Translations under genes and position numbers: made by a program
Assembly (NCBI GenBank): GCA_964636505.1
Contig: CAZWRY010000003.1
Location: 4,871 to 68,870, forward strand
Direction: 5' to 3'
DNA: 64,000 bases
From: an uncultured Bdellovibrionales bacterium
GTDB taxonomy: Bacteria > Patescibacteriota > Minisyncoccia > Moranbacterales > UBA2206
Notes under the pieces: generated by a model
Databases searched by the model: none
What the model saw: the letters and a program-made list of their open reading frames with translations, nothing else
What the model was told of the DNA's origin: nothing
Shown here: piece after piece, positions 39,019-49,213 of the stretch
Layout of the letters: each line of letters starts with the position of its first letter
Numbering within the stretch: position 1 is the stretch's first letter

Positions 39019-41493
39019 TTAAAAAAAGCTAAAACGCCAAGAGAAAAAGTTAAGTATTCTTTGAAAAATATAAGCAAACCCGCTCCAGATAAAGGATCGT
39101 TCTCCTTTAGAATTAGCATAAACGCTGTTTTCAAGCGACTGGATATCATATTGGCGCAAGGGCAAGCCAAATATTTCTTGCTTTTGATTTTTTGTCTGTG
39201 ATAAATTAGACTCAGGCCTGCTTTCGGATTTTGTGCCAACTGCAGCCAATATTTTGGGAATTTTTTCTGGTATAGTTCTCTTTTGTTTCTCTTTTAGATC
39301 ATTTCTTCCTGATGACTCTTTGTGACTAGAATATTTTTTCCTAGAATGACTGTTGTTTTTAGATGCTCCGTTTTTTCCCTTTCCTGAAGATATTGTTTCT
39401 GTATTTTCGTTTTTAATTTCATTTTTTGAAATAGTAGCCACAAAATTATTTTTATCACCTAGCGTTGCCGTACCTTGAAAAACTGCCGTTGATTCAGAGT
39501 CATCTTGCGAAGAATTTTTATTTTCAACAATTCTCGTTGCTTCAATTTTATATTCACCGCTTCCGGTGCCTTGAGTCAAGATCTGATAATCGCCTTCTTG
39601 GGGATTGGGTATGGAAACAAACTCTGAATCAACATCCGAACCGGTATAATAGGCACCATCTATTTCATTAAATGTCCCGCCGGTGGAAAAATTTTTGCCC
39701 ATTCTTTTTCCATCCGGCGCCACTATTTGAATATCAATCGGAGAAAAGACGTGTACAAGTAACATATCTTTTATTAAAGAATCTCTATTTTCATTTTTTG
39801 GTCTTTTGTCAGTAAGTAATTCCAAAACATCTTTTTGCGCTTCAGTTGGCAATCCTCTATGATCAGAATTTATTTCAAGCAATAAATCTTCAGGTACATT
39901 ATTACTTCGAGCTGATTCAATTGGCACGGTTTGATCTCCTTCATTTTTTATTAAGCCCCTATCTCCTATAATAACTTCGAATCCATGCGGATAGCCATGT
40001 TGCCAAAGCTTACCCATATCGGTTTCAATGATTTTCATTCCGGAAATTGTGCTTTCAACATTGTTCAGATTGCCAATTATTTTATCAAATTCAATGTATC
40101 TAAGTTTTTCCTTCTTAATTTCGCTGTTAAGATTTTCCAAAAATTCATTCCTTGGATAGCCGGTTGGGTAGTTTTTGTAAGTACCCATCTTCACATTTTG
40201 AAGATAATCATAAACAGGCAGAAGTTCTTTGAGTGAAGAAACCGGTCTCTGGTGCAAATAGTCAAAAACATCAGAAAATTCATTTTCCTTGGCTTCTTGC
40301 TCAACCATATGTTTTACATATAAATCTCCTGCATTGAGTAGCCAGGCATTGCCATCCCACTTTAAATAGGCTTCAGGAGCCCCATTATGGGGCGTACCTA
40401 AAGTTATCAATTGATCCACGTCGTCTTGATAATAGTTTGATTCAATATATTCTCTGGCCAAAAGTCCGCCCATAGAATGAGCCACAATATCCACCTTAGG
40501 CCAATTCCTATCTTTTTTTATTTGGTTAATTTTATCTCGTAAAAGCTTGGCATTATCCACGTTACTATCTCTCCACTCATAAGGAAAAGCGAATAAATCT
40601 TTTTCTGGAGCATAACCGTTGTCAGCCAGTTCTTGGTACAAATTATCATAAATATGAAATACTGGATCAATTTGCCATTTATCATCCTTTTTTTGCGACC
40701 CTAAAATCCCCGGGATAATTATGACCGGGTCTAAAAAGTCAGCTTCTGTAAGCCAAGAAGAAAAATCAATGCCGTCACTTAAATATCTATACATTATTCT
40801 TCCATAGTCATAATCCAGTTCTTCTTTTTGGGGCCCATCTGAATCTCCCCACCAATTATACCTAAAATCCAAAGGTGGGTTTGGTTGATAACCGCCATAA
40901 ATAGCATCATAGCTGCTATTATTAAAAAATTTTGATCGATTAACTTTAATATTTTGCGATGAAACGCTATTGCTTATATAAATACCGATAAAATTATCAT
41001 GTATAGATGAATTTTCTATCGTAAGTTTTCCCCCATTAACATTAATTGCACCCGAAGACCAGGCTAACGCATTGGCGAAAAGATCATCTTTCATAACTGG
41101 AAAAGCCCCGCCGCCAGAACCGCTGATGTCCACTCCAGTCATAAAGACTTCGCCACCATTCCAAATATTTACAAGTGAGCTACTGTTATTTTTACCTTGA
41201 AACAAAACATTTTCTTTGTTTGTTCCTTTTACAAACAAATTGCCTTCAACATTTAATCTGCCGCCATTAAAAACTATCTTGACTCCCCTTTTAATAACCA
41301 GCATTCCTCCCGCCTCTATGGTTATATCACTGCTGATTTCTTTGTCCTCTGCCCATTCTTCATAGCCAGCTATTGCTTGTTCTTCCCGGGCAAATAATTG
41401 TTTGAGGTTTTGTTTGAAAAATATGGGCGAAAGACTTGGAACAAAAGAAAAAAAAATAAATAAAAGCAATAGTACCCTCCTTAATACTTTCAT
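39019..41493 (-). CDS. Secreted alpha/beta hydrolase (LCAT/PGAP1-like lipase) with N-terminal beta-helix-like region
   Basis: PVIIIPGILGS, FPYEWR, AHSMGG, GTPHNGAP, GDQTVP. Confidence 0.8.
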   Translation of the reverse strand: MKVLRRVLLLLFIFFSFVPSLSPIFFKQNLKQLFAREEQAIAGYEEWAEDKEISSDITIEAGGMLVIKRGVKIVFNGGRLNVEGNLFVKGTNKENVLFQGKNNSSSLVNIWNGGEVFMTGVDISGSGGGAFPVMKDDLFANALAWSSGAINVNGGKLTIENSSIHDNFIGIYISNSVSSQNIKVNRSKFFNNSSYDAIYGGYQPNPPLDFRYNWWGDSDGPQKEELDYDYGRIMYRYLSDGIDFSSWLTEADFLDPVIIIPGILGSQKKDDKWQIDPVFHIYDNLYQELADNGYAPEKDLFAFPYEWRDSNVDNAKLLRDKINQIKKDRNWPKVDIVAHSMGGLLAREYIESNYYQDDVDQLITLGTPHNGAPEAYLKWDGNAWLLNAGDLYVKHMVEQEAKENEFSDVFDYLHQRPVSSLKELLPVYDYLQNVKMGTYKNYPTGYPRNEFLENLNSEIKKEKLRYIEFDKIIGNLNNVESTISGMKIIETDMGKLWQHGYPHGFEVIIGDRGLIKNEGDQTVPIESARSNNVPEDLLLEINSDHRGLPTEAQKDVLELLTDKRPKNENRDSLIKDMLLVHVFSPIDIQIVAPDGKRMGKNFSTGGTFNEIDGAYYTGSDVDSEFVSIPNPQEGDYQILTQGTGSGEYKIEATRIVENKNSSQDDSESTAVFQGTATLGDKNNFVATISKNEIKNENTETISSGKGKNGASKNNSHSRKKYSSHKESSGRNDLKEKQKRTIPEKIPKILAAVGTKSESRPESNLSQTKNQKQEIFGLPLRQYDIQSLENSVYANSKGERSFIWSGFAYIFQRILNFFSWRFSFF

Positions 41494-41498
41494 CTTTT

Positions 41499-41768
41499 TT
41501 ATTTTTTATTTTTGAAATAATAAATGATTAAAATAATATTTATCAATGGCCAAATTGGAAAATTAACATATTTCATCCAACCGATATTGTAAGCAATAAA
41601 CATTCCGGATTCTAGGTTTATTAAAAACCCAAGACTTCCTAAAACTGAAAAGATAATAAAAGAAAGTAGTTTTTTCCGAGTAAACACGAAAAAAATAAGA
41701 CCGATAAAAAATGCTAGTCCTAAAAAAATAAGACTTACGGTTAAATCAAATTCTGGATCAGAAAACAT
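41499..41768 (-). CDS. Small 3-TM membrane protein
   Basis: Hydrophobic ORF ending 5 bp before the lipase gene. Confidence 0.7.
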   Translation of the reverse strand: MFSDPEFDLTVSLIFLGLAFFIGLIFFVFTRKKLLSFIIFSVLGSLGFLINLESGMFIAYNIGWMKYVNFPIWPLINIILIIYYFKNKK

Positions 41769-41849
41769 ATATTTATTTTAATATTCATTTCTATACTATA
41801 CCACTTTTCTCAATTTTTGCAAGATAATCTATTTTGCCTTTATACAAAC

Positions 41850-41877
41850 AAAAAACCAGGGTTATCGTACCTGGCTT
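41850..41877 (-). terminator. Intrinsic terminator
   Basis: GCCAGG...CCTGGT followed by a T run on the minus strand. Confidence 0.6.
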
Positions 41878-41901
41878 ACGCTTCCAATTGGAAGATCGGT
41901 T

Positions 41902-42138
41902 TTATCTTAAATCGGGATCCACATCAAAATGATGATGGATAAATTCCAAGTCTGCCGGATTAATTTTTGCCTTCAATATGCGGCAACTTTCTCCGAAATT
42001 GTTTTTGCAAACCAATGTTAAAGAGTCCGGCGTTATCAATAAATCTTTTACCGCATACTCCTTACCTCTTGTAAACGCCTCCTCCCCGACATGAGAGCCG
42101 TATTTACTCATGACACCAATCAGACATTTGATCATCAT
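41902..42138 (-). CDS. Small hypothetical protein (78 aa)
   Basis: GGAGG ribosome-binding site before the ATG at 42138; the longer track ORF runs through a terminator. Confidence 0.55.
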   Translation of the reverse strand: MMIKCLIGVMSKYGSHVGEEAFTRGKEYAVKDLLITPDSLTLVCKNNFGESCRILKAKINPADLEFIHHHFDVDPDLR

Positions 42139-42223
42139 CTTTTTTGCCTCCTTTTGAAATATTTTCAAAAAAACTAATTCAGACCAGTCTAACATAAAGC
42201 CGCATTTCGTCAACACAAGATGC

Positions 42224-42258
42224 AAAAAACGGGCCTTTCTCAAAAAGGTCCGTTTTTT
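42224..42258. terminator. Intrinsic terminator after the CAP-domain gene
   Basis: AAAAAACGGGCCTTT...AAAGGTCCGTTTTTT. Confidence 0.8.
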
Positions 42259-42295
42259 AATTGAAGCTTGGAGTTTCAAACATATTCATATTTTT

Positions 42296-43192
42296 TCATC
42301 TGCGCAATTTCATTTGTTCCAGATAAATTGTCTTTACATTCCCCGGTTTAACCGAAAATCTTTCCAAAAAATCCAAATATTCTTCCCGACTGATAGTATA
42401 GAGATTGAAGGAAGCCGGCAGTTTGTTGCTTTTTTTTTGCGAAATCCAGAAAGAACCCAAAATAACCCAAATCAGGATAAGCGAATTAATGAAAATAATT
42501 GCCAGAAGAACTGTTGCCGATCCATTATTCAAATAACCCAAATATTTTTCTTTCTTATTTCCCATAATAGAGCTCGGTAAGTTTTTTCCGGTTGCTACCA
42601 TACCGTTAAAATTTTTCAACAGACTGGCTTCAACTTTAGGCAAAGAATTTTTTACTGCAAATGGCGCAGCGTTTCCTTCCGCCTTTATTCCTTCAGCATA
42701 GGCCAATTGCGTTCCGAATTCCTGAACTGTTATCGTAGCTAGCTTTCCATTAATAAATCCTTTTTTCACGGCAATTCCGACTTCGGAAAAATTGGTATCC
42801 AAAATATTCTTTCGGTGCGTTTCGCTTTCCATCCAAGCTTTTTGTTGGGCTTCCGCCGAAGAAAAATTAATCGCCAAATTTTCTCCGGCAAATTTGTAGT
42901 CATAACCTTCTTTTTCAAACCAAATCCAAGGCGTGATTCCTTTGGGCGAAGTATGAGCAAAATAGTTATTTTGAAGCATATCATCAGCTTTATCAGAAGC
43001 CACTTGAAAAAGCGTTTCGTTTACCCTGAGCGGCGGCAAATTATTCTCAACTCTGGCTTGGTTCATAAGCTCCAAGACACTCATTTCGGTAATTGAGCTG
43101 GCCAAAGCTTCTCTCCCCCAAAAAGCAAAAAAAACCAAAAATATCAGGCTAAATGTGATTTTATTAAATTGTATGCCGTTTTTTAACCTCAT
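42296..43192 (-). CDS. CAP/SCP domain protein with C-terminal TM helix
   Basis: NQAR, YFAHTSP, AGENLA, WMESETHRKNIL, VQEFG; start at MRLKN. Confidence 0.9.
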   Translation of the reverse strand: MRLKNGIQFNKITFSLIFLVFFAFWGREALASSITEMSVLELMNQARVENNLPPLRVNETLFQVASDKADDMLQNNYFAHTSPKGITPWIWFEKEGYDYKFAGENLAINFSSAEAQQKAWMESETHRKNILDTNFSEVGIAVKKGFINGKLATITVQEFGTQLAYAEGIKAEGNAAPFAVKNSLPKVEASLLKNFNGMVATGKNLPSSIMGNKKEKYLGYLNNGSATVLLAIIFINSLILIWVILGSFWISQKKSNKLPASFNLYTISREEYLDFLERFSVKPGNVKTIYLEQMKLRR

Positions 43193-43202
43193 AGACAATA
43201 GC

Positions 43203-43305
43203 AAAAAAAACAAAAAAAGCGGTTCACCCGCTCTTAAAGCATCTTTTCTAAGTCATTTTGAAACTTCTACCCTTTAATTATACTCTTTTTGACGGCAAAA
43301 GTCAA
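43203..43305 (-). promoter_or_regulatory. Promoter TTGACT-N17-TATAAT plus leader with mini-uORFs and terminator hairpin
   Basis: -35 at 43300-43305, -10 at 43277-43282; ATG-CTT-TAA at 43234-43242; GAGCGG-GTGAA-CCGCTT plus T run. Confidence 0.65.
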
Positions 43306-43311
43306 CCAAAA

Positions 43312-44370
43312 TTATTTGTTCAGTTTTTTGAAATACAAATCCACATCATCAATCCATTTTTTGACAGCCTTTGGATTATCCCAAGAACAATCATAACCGC
43401 ACTTCCAAACCACCATTTTGGCCGGCGTGTTTAGTTTTTCATTAGAAACTAAAAATTCAATTCTCTTGGCCACTGTATCCACAGCATCTTCCGGACTATC
43501 AAAACAAGTGTGTCCGCCTGTTCCCATGCGATCACGTATGCCTCGATAACCCCAATAATTAAAGCAGTCCTGACCATTCAGAACCGGGACTCGTTTCCCC
43601 CAAGCACTTTCTTTTTTGGCAATCGCCACTAGAAGCGCAGCCACTATCTTATCTTTTTTGACTATTTGCGGAACCATTTTCTCAATCGGATAACCTTCAA
43701 CCATTTTCTCAATTTCTTCTTTCATCGCCTTTTTGGCTTCGCTTTCTTTTTCATATTTTCCATAGTCACCAAGAAGCTTTGTCATAAATTCCGGGTCAAT
43801 ATCATCAATTAAATCTTGCTCATCTACTTTATTGGTATATGTTCCAGCTACCTGGGCTGGCTGGTTTTCTTCTATTTTAGCCGAAACACTGCTACCCAGA
43901 TACCGGTAGACCATGGTCATCGTAATCATGCCAAAAATCACCGCTCCTACAATGGAAACATTCCACATTCTAGCAACCGAAAGTCCCTGAACGGAACCCC
44001 TAATTAAATCCGTAAAATAGTTTTCCAAATTTAAATACCTCTTTTTGATCGCCAGATAAAAAATATCTGTTTGTTTCACGGAATAAATTCTAGTTTTTTC
44101 AAATTGATTGGAATTCAAGCTGTCAAAGCGTTTGATTACTCTAAAAATCCTTTCCCTTTTCAAAAGTTTTTGATATTCTTCCGGAGTAAAATAGAGTTTT
44201 GAATTTTGAGTAAAAAAAGACTCAATTCTTCCTTTTCTGGAAAACCAAACCGATTTTGTTTTTTTTCTTTTTACAAAGTTAAACAAAGGATAATCAAAAG
44301 ACCTGGGACCCTTAATTTTTCCCGGCAAACCATCAATAAAAAGTTTTTTTGATTTTTGTTTTTGATTCAT
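43312..44370 (-). CDS. Membrane-anchored putative lysozyme-fold protein, paralog 2 (long cytoplasmic N-terminus)
   Basis: AIAKKESAWG, CFNYWGYRG, VWKCGYDC. Confidence 0.6.
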   Translation of the reverse strand: MNQKQKSKKLFIDGLPGKIKGPRSFDYPLFNFVKRKKTKSVWFSRKGRIESFFTQNSKLYFTPEEYQKLLKRERIFRVIKRFDSLNSNQFEKTRIYSVKQTDIFYLAIKKRYLNLENYFTDLIRGSVQGLSVARMWNVSIVGAVIFGMITMTMVYRYLGSSVSAKIEENQPAQVAGTYTNKVDEQDLIDDIDPEFMTKLLGDYGKYEKESEAKKAMKEEIEKMVEGYPIEKMVPQIVKKDKIVAALLVAIAKKESAWGKRVPVLNGQDCFNYWGYRGIRDRMGTGGHTCFDSPEDAVDTVAKRIEFLVSNEKLNTPAKMVVWKCGYDCSWDNPKAVKKWIDDVDLYFKKLNK

Positions 44371-44430
44371 TAAAAAACTTTCAAGTCAATTTATTTAGAT
44401 CGCTGGCTATTTCAAAAATATCCAAAAATT

Positions 44431-44829
44431 CTATTTTCCTTCGGCTTTATCCGTAAAAAATTTTTCAATATCCGATGAACCTATTAGACATTGACCGTTG
44501 GAATAAAGGAAAGGTACTCCGATTTCTTCCTCTTTTAGACCGCATTCTAAGGCTTTTGTCTCTAAAAGAGCGGCATTTTTTTTATTATACCAAACTTCTA
44601 AAGAGTCGAATTTAACCTTTTCGGAAATTTTGTTGTCCATTAAAAATTTTTCCGTTTCAATGCAATGCGAACACTCTTTTCCATAGAAGAAAAGAATATC
44701 CGAAGTTATGGGCGTAGCCTCCTGATTTCCCTTAAAACCGCCGGCCCTTGAGCTCCAAAACCAAAGACCGACAAAAAGAGCAGCGCCAAAAACAATAACG
44801 GCAATAATTTTAATAACGTCTTTTTGCAT
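44431..44829 (-). CDS. Membrane-anchored thioredoxin/glutaredoxin-like protein
   Basis: LFFYGKECSHC (CxxC), GVPF cis-Pro loop. Confidence 0.85.
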   Translation of the reverse strand: MQKDVIKIIAVIVFGAALFVGLWFWSSRAGGFKGNQEATPITSDILFFYGKECSHCIETEKFLMDNKISEKVKFDSLEVWYNKKNAALLETKALECGLKEEEIGVPFLYSNGQCLIGSSDIEKFFTDKAEGK

Positions 44830-44939
44830 AAAATAACCTGCATTTACTTTTTATCTTCTTAATTTTAACATGCCTGGAGATGATGTCAAAAAGCCCCAAA
44901 ACATTTTGGGACCAGAAAATATACAAAGTTAAAGAATGT

Positions 44940-45707
44940 TTAGGGGGCCACTTCTTTCCAGCTTCCGACATTTAAACATGGATCACAAACACAAGTTTGA
45001 GTACTCGGACAAGAAATTCCGTTATCTTCGCAATCTTTCGGAGTCGGCAAAGAGCTATCGGGACATCCGTTCCTATCCGTTCTCAAGCAAGTGGATTCCA
45101 AAGTGACAGTTTTCCCGCATGATTCAGCACAAGCATCTTCACAGTTACTAACTATTAAGCAAGCATCGTATTTGTAATCCGGAACACAAGCTATGCGAGC
45201 CCGACTAAAATCAACCCAGCCAAAACCATAATATTGGCCGTCAATAATTTCTCCGTCTCCATGCCAGCCATAACCGGTAAAGACATCTTCATTAAGGCTA
45301 ACTCCACTCACATCTATATTTCCATTCCACCCGCCAGAGTTTGACCCGTTTATTCCAACAATGACGGCATTACCGCTTAGAGAATTTCCTACCCGGCTAA
45401 CTCCTCCAAAATTAATCCAACCGACATTACTACTCCAAGCATAGCCAGATAAAAGCCCGTTCTCATCCGGTATGGTAACGCCATAAGAAATTGCTCCTCC
45501 GCCTTCATCTGATGTGGTGTTCGCACTGTTCATGCTTACCCACCCAATTCCCGTATCAATAGGCTGGCCTGGCTGCGCTATTCCCCCATCATTGCTACCG
45601 CCCCAAAGCCAACCCACGATTGATTTGCTGGCCAAAGCTTCTGACGCTTCCAATAAAGATAAGACTAGAAAAAGTATTGCGATGAAAAACAAATTTATTT
45701 TTTTCAT
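44940..45707 (-). CDS. Secreted protein with Gly/Trp repeats and a 12-Cys C-terminal domain
   Basis: Signal peptide; GWLWG, IGWVSMN, GYAWSSNVGWINF, FGWVDF; ends WKEVAP. Confidence 0.7.
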   Translation of the reverse strand: MKKINLFFIAILFLVLSLLEASEALASKSIVGWLWGGSNDGGIAQPGQPIDTGIGWVSMNSANTTSDEGGGAISYGVTIPDENGLLSGYAWSSNVGWINFGGVSRVGNSLSGNAVIVGINGSNSGGWNGNIDVSGVSLNEDVFTGYGWHGDGEIIDGQYYGFGWVDFSRARIACVPDYKYDACLIVSNCEDACAESCGKTVTLESTCLRTDRNGCPDSSLPTPKDCEDNGISCPSTQTCVCDPCLNVGSWKEVAP

Positions 45708-45741
45708 TTGTCTTTTTAAAAATTATTTTAATAATCGTTTT

Positions 45742-46359
45742 TTATTTTTGATCTTTAATTCTTGTGGATTCAAACACCTTTAAATAATCGGGAAAAATAA
45801 TCAGTTTAGTTGCCGTAAATTTATCGCCGGCAGTGCTAGTTTGTTCAGAAAAAACGGCAAAAACCGGATCGTTCAATGATTCGATCTTAAACTCGGTAAA
45901 AGCAACTTCTTGTTTATCCATTTTTGCTAATTTTCCATTGCTCATGCTTATTATGGCCTTTTCAATTTTAGTCTTATCGGTAATCACGATATTTTTTAAA
46001 GGCAAAGATTGTGAAGCTTTCTCGTAGTTAGGACTGCCGATAAAATCAAAAGTTGGATTACCATCCAATGTCCAGTGTCCACGCAGTTGAATCACTTTTT
46101 CTCCCTCTACTGTTTTGACGTTTGGATTTTCGGCTAAACCTAGAAATCCTTGAGCTTTTTCTGGAATATTGACTTCAAAAATAGCCTCTCCGCTTTCTCC
46201 TTTTTGCAATGATCCGCCCGGCTTGCCTGCGTTCTGATATAAAACCGCATTATCCTTATTCCCGCTTGTTTTTTTCAAAATTACCGCAGAGAAAGAAAGA
46301 GAAACCAATGAAAGTGCAAGTGAAAGACCAATAGCTATTTTTAATATTTTATCTTGCAT
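45742..46359 (-). CDS. Secreted or anchored hypothetical protein
   Basis: N-terminal hydrophobic segment; co-oriented between the two Cys-rich genes. Confidence 0.6.
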   Translation of the reverse strand: MQDKILKIAIGLSLALSLVSLSFSAVILKKTSGNKDNAVLYQNAGKPGGSLQKGESGEAIFEVNIPEKAQGFLGLAENPNVKTVEGEKVIQLRGHWTLDGNPTFDFIGSPNYEKASQSLPLKNIVITDKTKIEKAIISMSNGKLAKMDKQEVAFTEFKIESLNDPVFAVFSEQTSTAGDKFTATKLIIFPDYLKVFESTRIKDQK

Positions 46360-46396
46360 TTTATTTTATTTAAAAAATTAACCTTTTATTTTTTAT

Positions 46397-47062
46397 TTAT
46401 ATTGAGTCGCAAAAACATATTCGGCTATCACCACAAGAAGCTGATTCGCTAGAACTACTCCATGTTCCGTCACTTTGACAAGTATAGGTTGTCGTTACTT
46501 GTGTCCCGGAACAACTAGCATATGGGACGCAGCTTGGAGTCCCCGGCGTTCCGCATGCCGGAACACTGCAACTGCACGAACCCGTAGTGCTTCTTGTGTC
46601 TCCGGTTGTATAGACTTTGTTGTTATAAACACAATAGCCATCCGTTGATCCAGCCAAACAGCATCTTGCCAGAATATTTCCATCCCCGGTTGCCTTGCTA
46701 ACACCCGCGACATAATACCCGACTGGACAATCTATACCTAAAAAACAAATATCCTGTCCTAAGACCGCCGCTCCACTGGTCATTTCACTAACCCATTTGC
46801 CCGTGCTCCTTAGATATACATCATTTATATCCATATTTCCGCCAAGAGAGTTGGGAGCGGAAAAGTTGGGCGTAGTCGCACCAATACTGAAATTGCCGCT
46901 CTTATTTTGAGCTACTGGTCCGGTTGTAATAGGCGCACCCACATTGCCAGAAGGAGCAGTACTTGTTGGCGGAGTCCAATCGGCCCTGGCTATTTGTATA
47001 GACAAACCCAAAACAATCCCGATCGCTACAATTCCAAGCAAGCTTATTATTTTTTTCATCAT
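46397..47062 (-). CDS. Secreted Cys-rich adhesin-like protein
   Basis: Signal peptide, WTPPTSTAPSGNVGAPITTG, NDVYLRSTGKW, 14 Cys in the C-terminal half. Confidence 0.65.
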   Translation of the reverse strand: MMKKIISLLGIVAIGIVLGLSIQIARADWTPPTSTAPSGNVGAPITTGPVAQNKSGNFSIGATTPNFSAPNSLGGNMDINDVYLRSTGKWVSEMTSGAAVLGQDICFLGIDCPVGYYVAGVSKATGDGNILARCCLAGSTDGYCVYNNKVYTTGDTRSTTGSCSCSVPACGTPGTPSCVPYASCSGTQVTTTYTCQSDGTWSSSSESASCGDSRICFCDSI

Positions 47063-47132
47063 AATTTTTTGAAATTAAAAATTATTTAATTTAATTTATT
47101 ATACCATTTATTTTCCGGAATACAAAATGCTG

Positions 47133-47981
47133 TCAAAACATTTTTGATTTTTTGTCAATATAAACACACATAGCTACGCTTACTGCTATCATAACCAAAG
47201 AAAAGATCTGCCCCAGGCTCAAAAAACCTAAGATAAGACCGATTTGGGAATCGGGCTCGCGAAAGAATTCAATAACAAATCTAAATAAGCCGTAAAGAAA
47301 AATATAGAAAGGCAATAATTTTCCCATTATCCTCCGATTATTGCGCAGCAGCCAAAGAATTAGAAAAAGAACTATCCCTTCAAATAAGGCTTCGTAGAGC
47401 TGAGACGGATGACGAAGCATTATATTTGAATTCTCGTCTAAAAAATACATTCCCCAAGACTTTTCCGTTAAACGGCCATACAGCTCACCATTAAAAAAAT
47501 TTCCAAGTCGGCCAAAAAAATATCCCAAAGGAATAGCCGGTACGATAAAATCAGCCAAACGCCAGAAATTTACTTCGTATTTTTTAGCAAAAAATATGCT
47601 CGCTATGATTATTCCGATTAGTCCCCCGTGATAACTGAGTCCATATATCCCCACAAAGTTTCCCTCAGCATTAAAGGGAGAAATTATCTGCCAAGGATTT
47701 TGCAGAAAAAAATGCGGATCATAAAAAAATACATACCCCAAGCGCGCGCCGATGATAATCCCGATGATGGCATAGACAAAAAAGTTTTCAATATTTTTGA
47801 AAACAAGGACAAAATCCGGAAAAATTTTGGAATCATTTTTAACTCTCCATTTTAAAAGCAGATAAATTATGATAAAAGTCACTAAATACATCAAGGAATA
47901 CCAGGTCAAAGAAAAAAATCCGATTTTCAAGGCAATCGGATTAATATGCACGGGTAAATTTTGGTAAAAATTCTCAATCAT
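47133..47981 (-). CDS. lgt: Prolipoprotein diacylglyceryl transferase
   Basis: GARLGYV, SYHGG, GRLGNFFNGELYGR, HPSQLYE, EFFREPD. Confidence 0.97.
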   Translation of the reverse strand: MIENFYQNLPVHINPIALKIGFFSLTWYSLMYLVTFIIIYLLLKWRVKNDSKIFPDFVLVFKNIENFFVYAIIGIIIGARLGYVFFYDPHFFLQNPWQIISPFNAEGNFVGIYGLSYHGGLIGIIIASIFFAKKYEVNFWRLADFIVPAIPLGYFFGRLGNFFNGELYGRLTEKSWGMYFLDENSNIMLRHPSQLYEALFEGIVLFLILWLLRNNRRIMGKLLPFYIFLYGLFRFVIEFFREPDSQIGLILGFLSLGQIFSLVMIAVSVAMCVYIDKKSKMF

Positions 47982-47990
47982 AAAGCCTGC

Positions 47991-49037
47991 TTAGTTGTAT
48001 TCCTCCAATTGTTTTTTGAATTCCAGGGAATAAATATCCCACAGAACCACAAAAAACGCCATCACAATCGGGCCGATAATAAAGCCGGCGGCTCCGAAAA
48101 AGATAATTCCGCCCAAAGTTGAAAGTAAAATCAAAAGCGGATGCATTTTAGAATCTCTGCCAACCAGCTTTGGCCTCAAAATATTATCCAATGAAGCAAT
48201 AATCAAAGCTCCCACTAAAAGAATAACCAGACCGGAAGCAAAATGTCCGGTTATCATCATTATTACCCCGACCGGTATCCAAACAAAGCCGGTCCCCACA
48301 TAAGGAAACATGGAGGCGATAGCCATTAAAATTCCCAAAAGAATCGGCGAAGGAACTCCTGCCGCCAAAAATAAAATCGCTCCAATGGTCCCTTGTATCA
48401 ACGCAATTAAAAAGGTTCCTTTAATAATAATCCCGTAAGAAATCGCGTTGAACTTACGGATCAAAATTTTCTCATATTCATCTTTGAGCGGACTTAGTTC
48501 CATTATCTTCTTAACTAATTTTTTGCCGTCAATAAAAAGAAAAAATAAAGAGAAAAACATAATAAAAGCCATAAAAATGAAATTGGCTAAACTGTTGTAC
48601 ACTCCGCCCAAAATAGAAAGTGAGTTTTGAAAAAAGCTTTTGATTGTGGAGTTTACGATATCTTGGTTAATTATGCCTTCAATTCCCAAAAGCTTAAACA
48701 AAACCGATGAATTGGTTATGCTAATAAGTTGATTGACGGTATTTTTGGTTTCCGCAAAATTAATAACCACCACTTGAAGCTCGGTTATGACGGCATAGAC
48801 AACCAAGGAAAGCGGGACGATAATAATCAGCACCACTAAAAAACATGTCAGCAAAGAGCTTAGCCCTTTGAATTTTAGCCACTTGAGCAATGCCGCATAA
48901 ATAGGATAGAAAGAATGCGCTAGAATAACCGCCAAAACAAAAGGAACCACGAAAGGTTTCAACATGAAAAAAGTCAAAACTGTTATTCCGATTAAAATAA
49001 GCAAGAAAAAATAGACATTGTAATTCTTTAGTTGCAT
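47991..49037 (-). CDS. AI-2E family transporter
   Basis: Multi-TM, PYVG, DNILRPKLVG, MHPL, GFIIGP. Confidence 0.9.
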   Translation of the reverse strand: MQLKNYNVYFFLLILIGITVLTFFMLKPFVVPFVLAVILAHSFYPIYAALLKWLKFKGLSSLLTCFLVVLIIIVPLSLVVYAVITELQVVVINFAETKNTVNQLISITNSSVLFKLLGIEGIINQDIVNSTIKSFFQNSLSILGGVYNSLANFIFMAFIMFFSLFFLFIDGKKLVKKIMELSPLKDEYEKILIRKFNAISYGIIIKGTFLIALIQGTIGAILFLAAGVPSPILLGILMAIASMFPYVGTGFVWIPVGVIMMITGHFASGLVILLVGALIIASLDNILRPKLVGRDSKMHPLLILLSTLGGIIFFGAAGFIIGPIVMAFFVVLWDIYSLEFKKQLEEYN

Positions 49038-49213
49038 ACTTAATATTCAAATATTAAAAAATATTAATTTACTGTAAAAATCGCTTTCTTATAAATTGCG
49101 CTAGGTATAAATTTATTATAACATTTTTCCTAAAAAAGACTAATTTTTGGACTTTTTTGACGCCGATATGCTAGAATCACTATGTATAAAAAATTAATCT
49201 TTGCATAAAAAGG

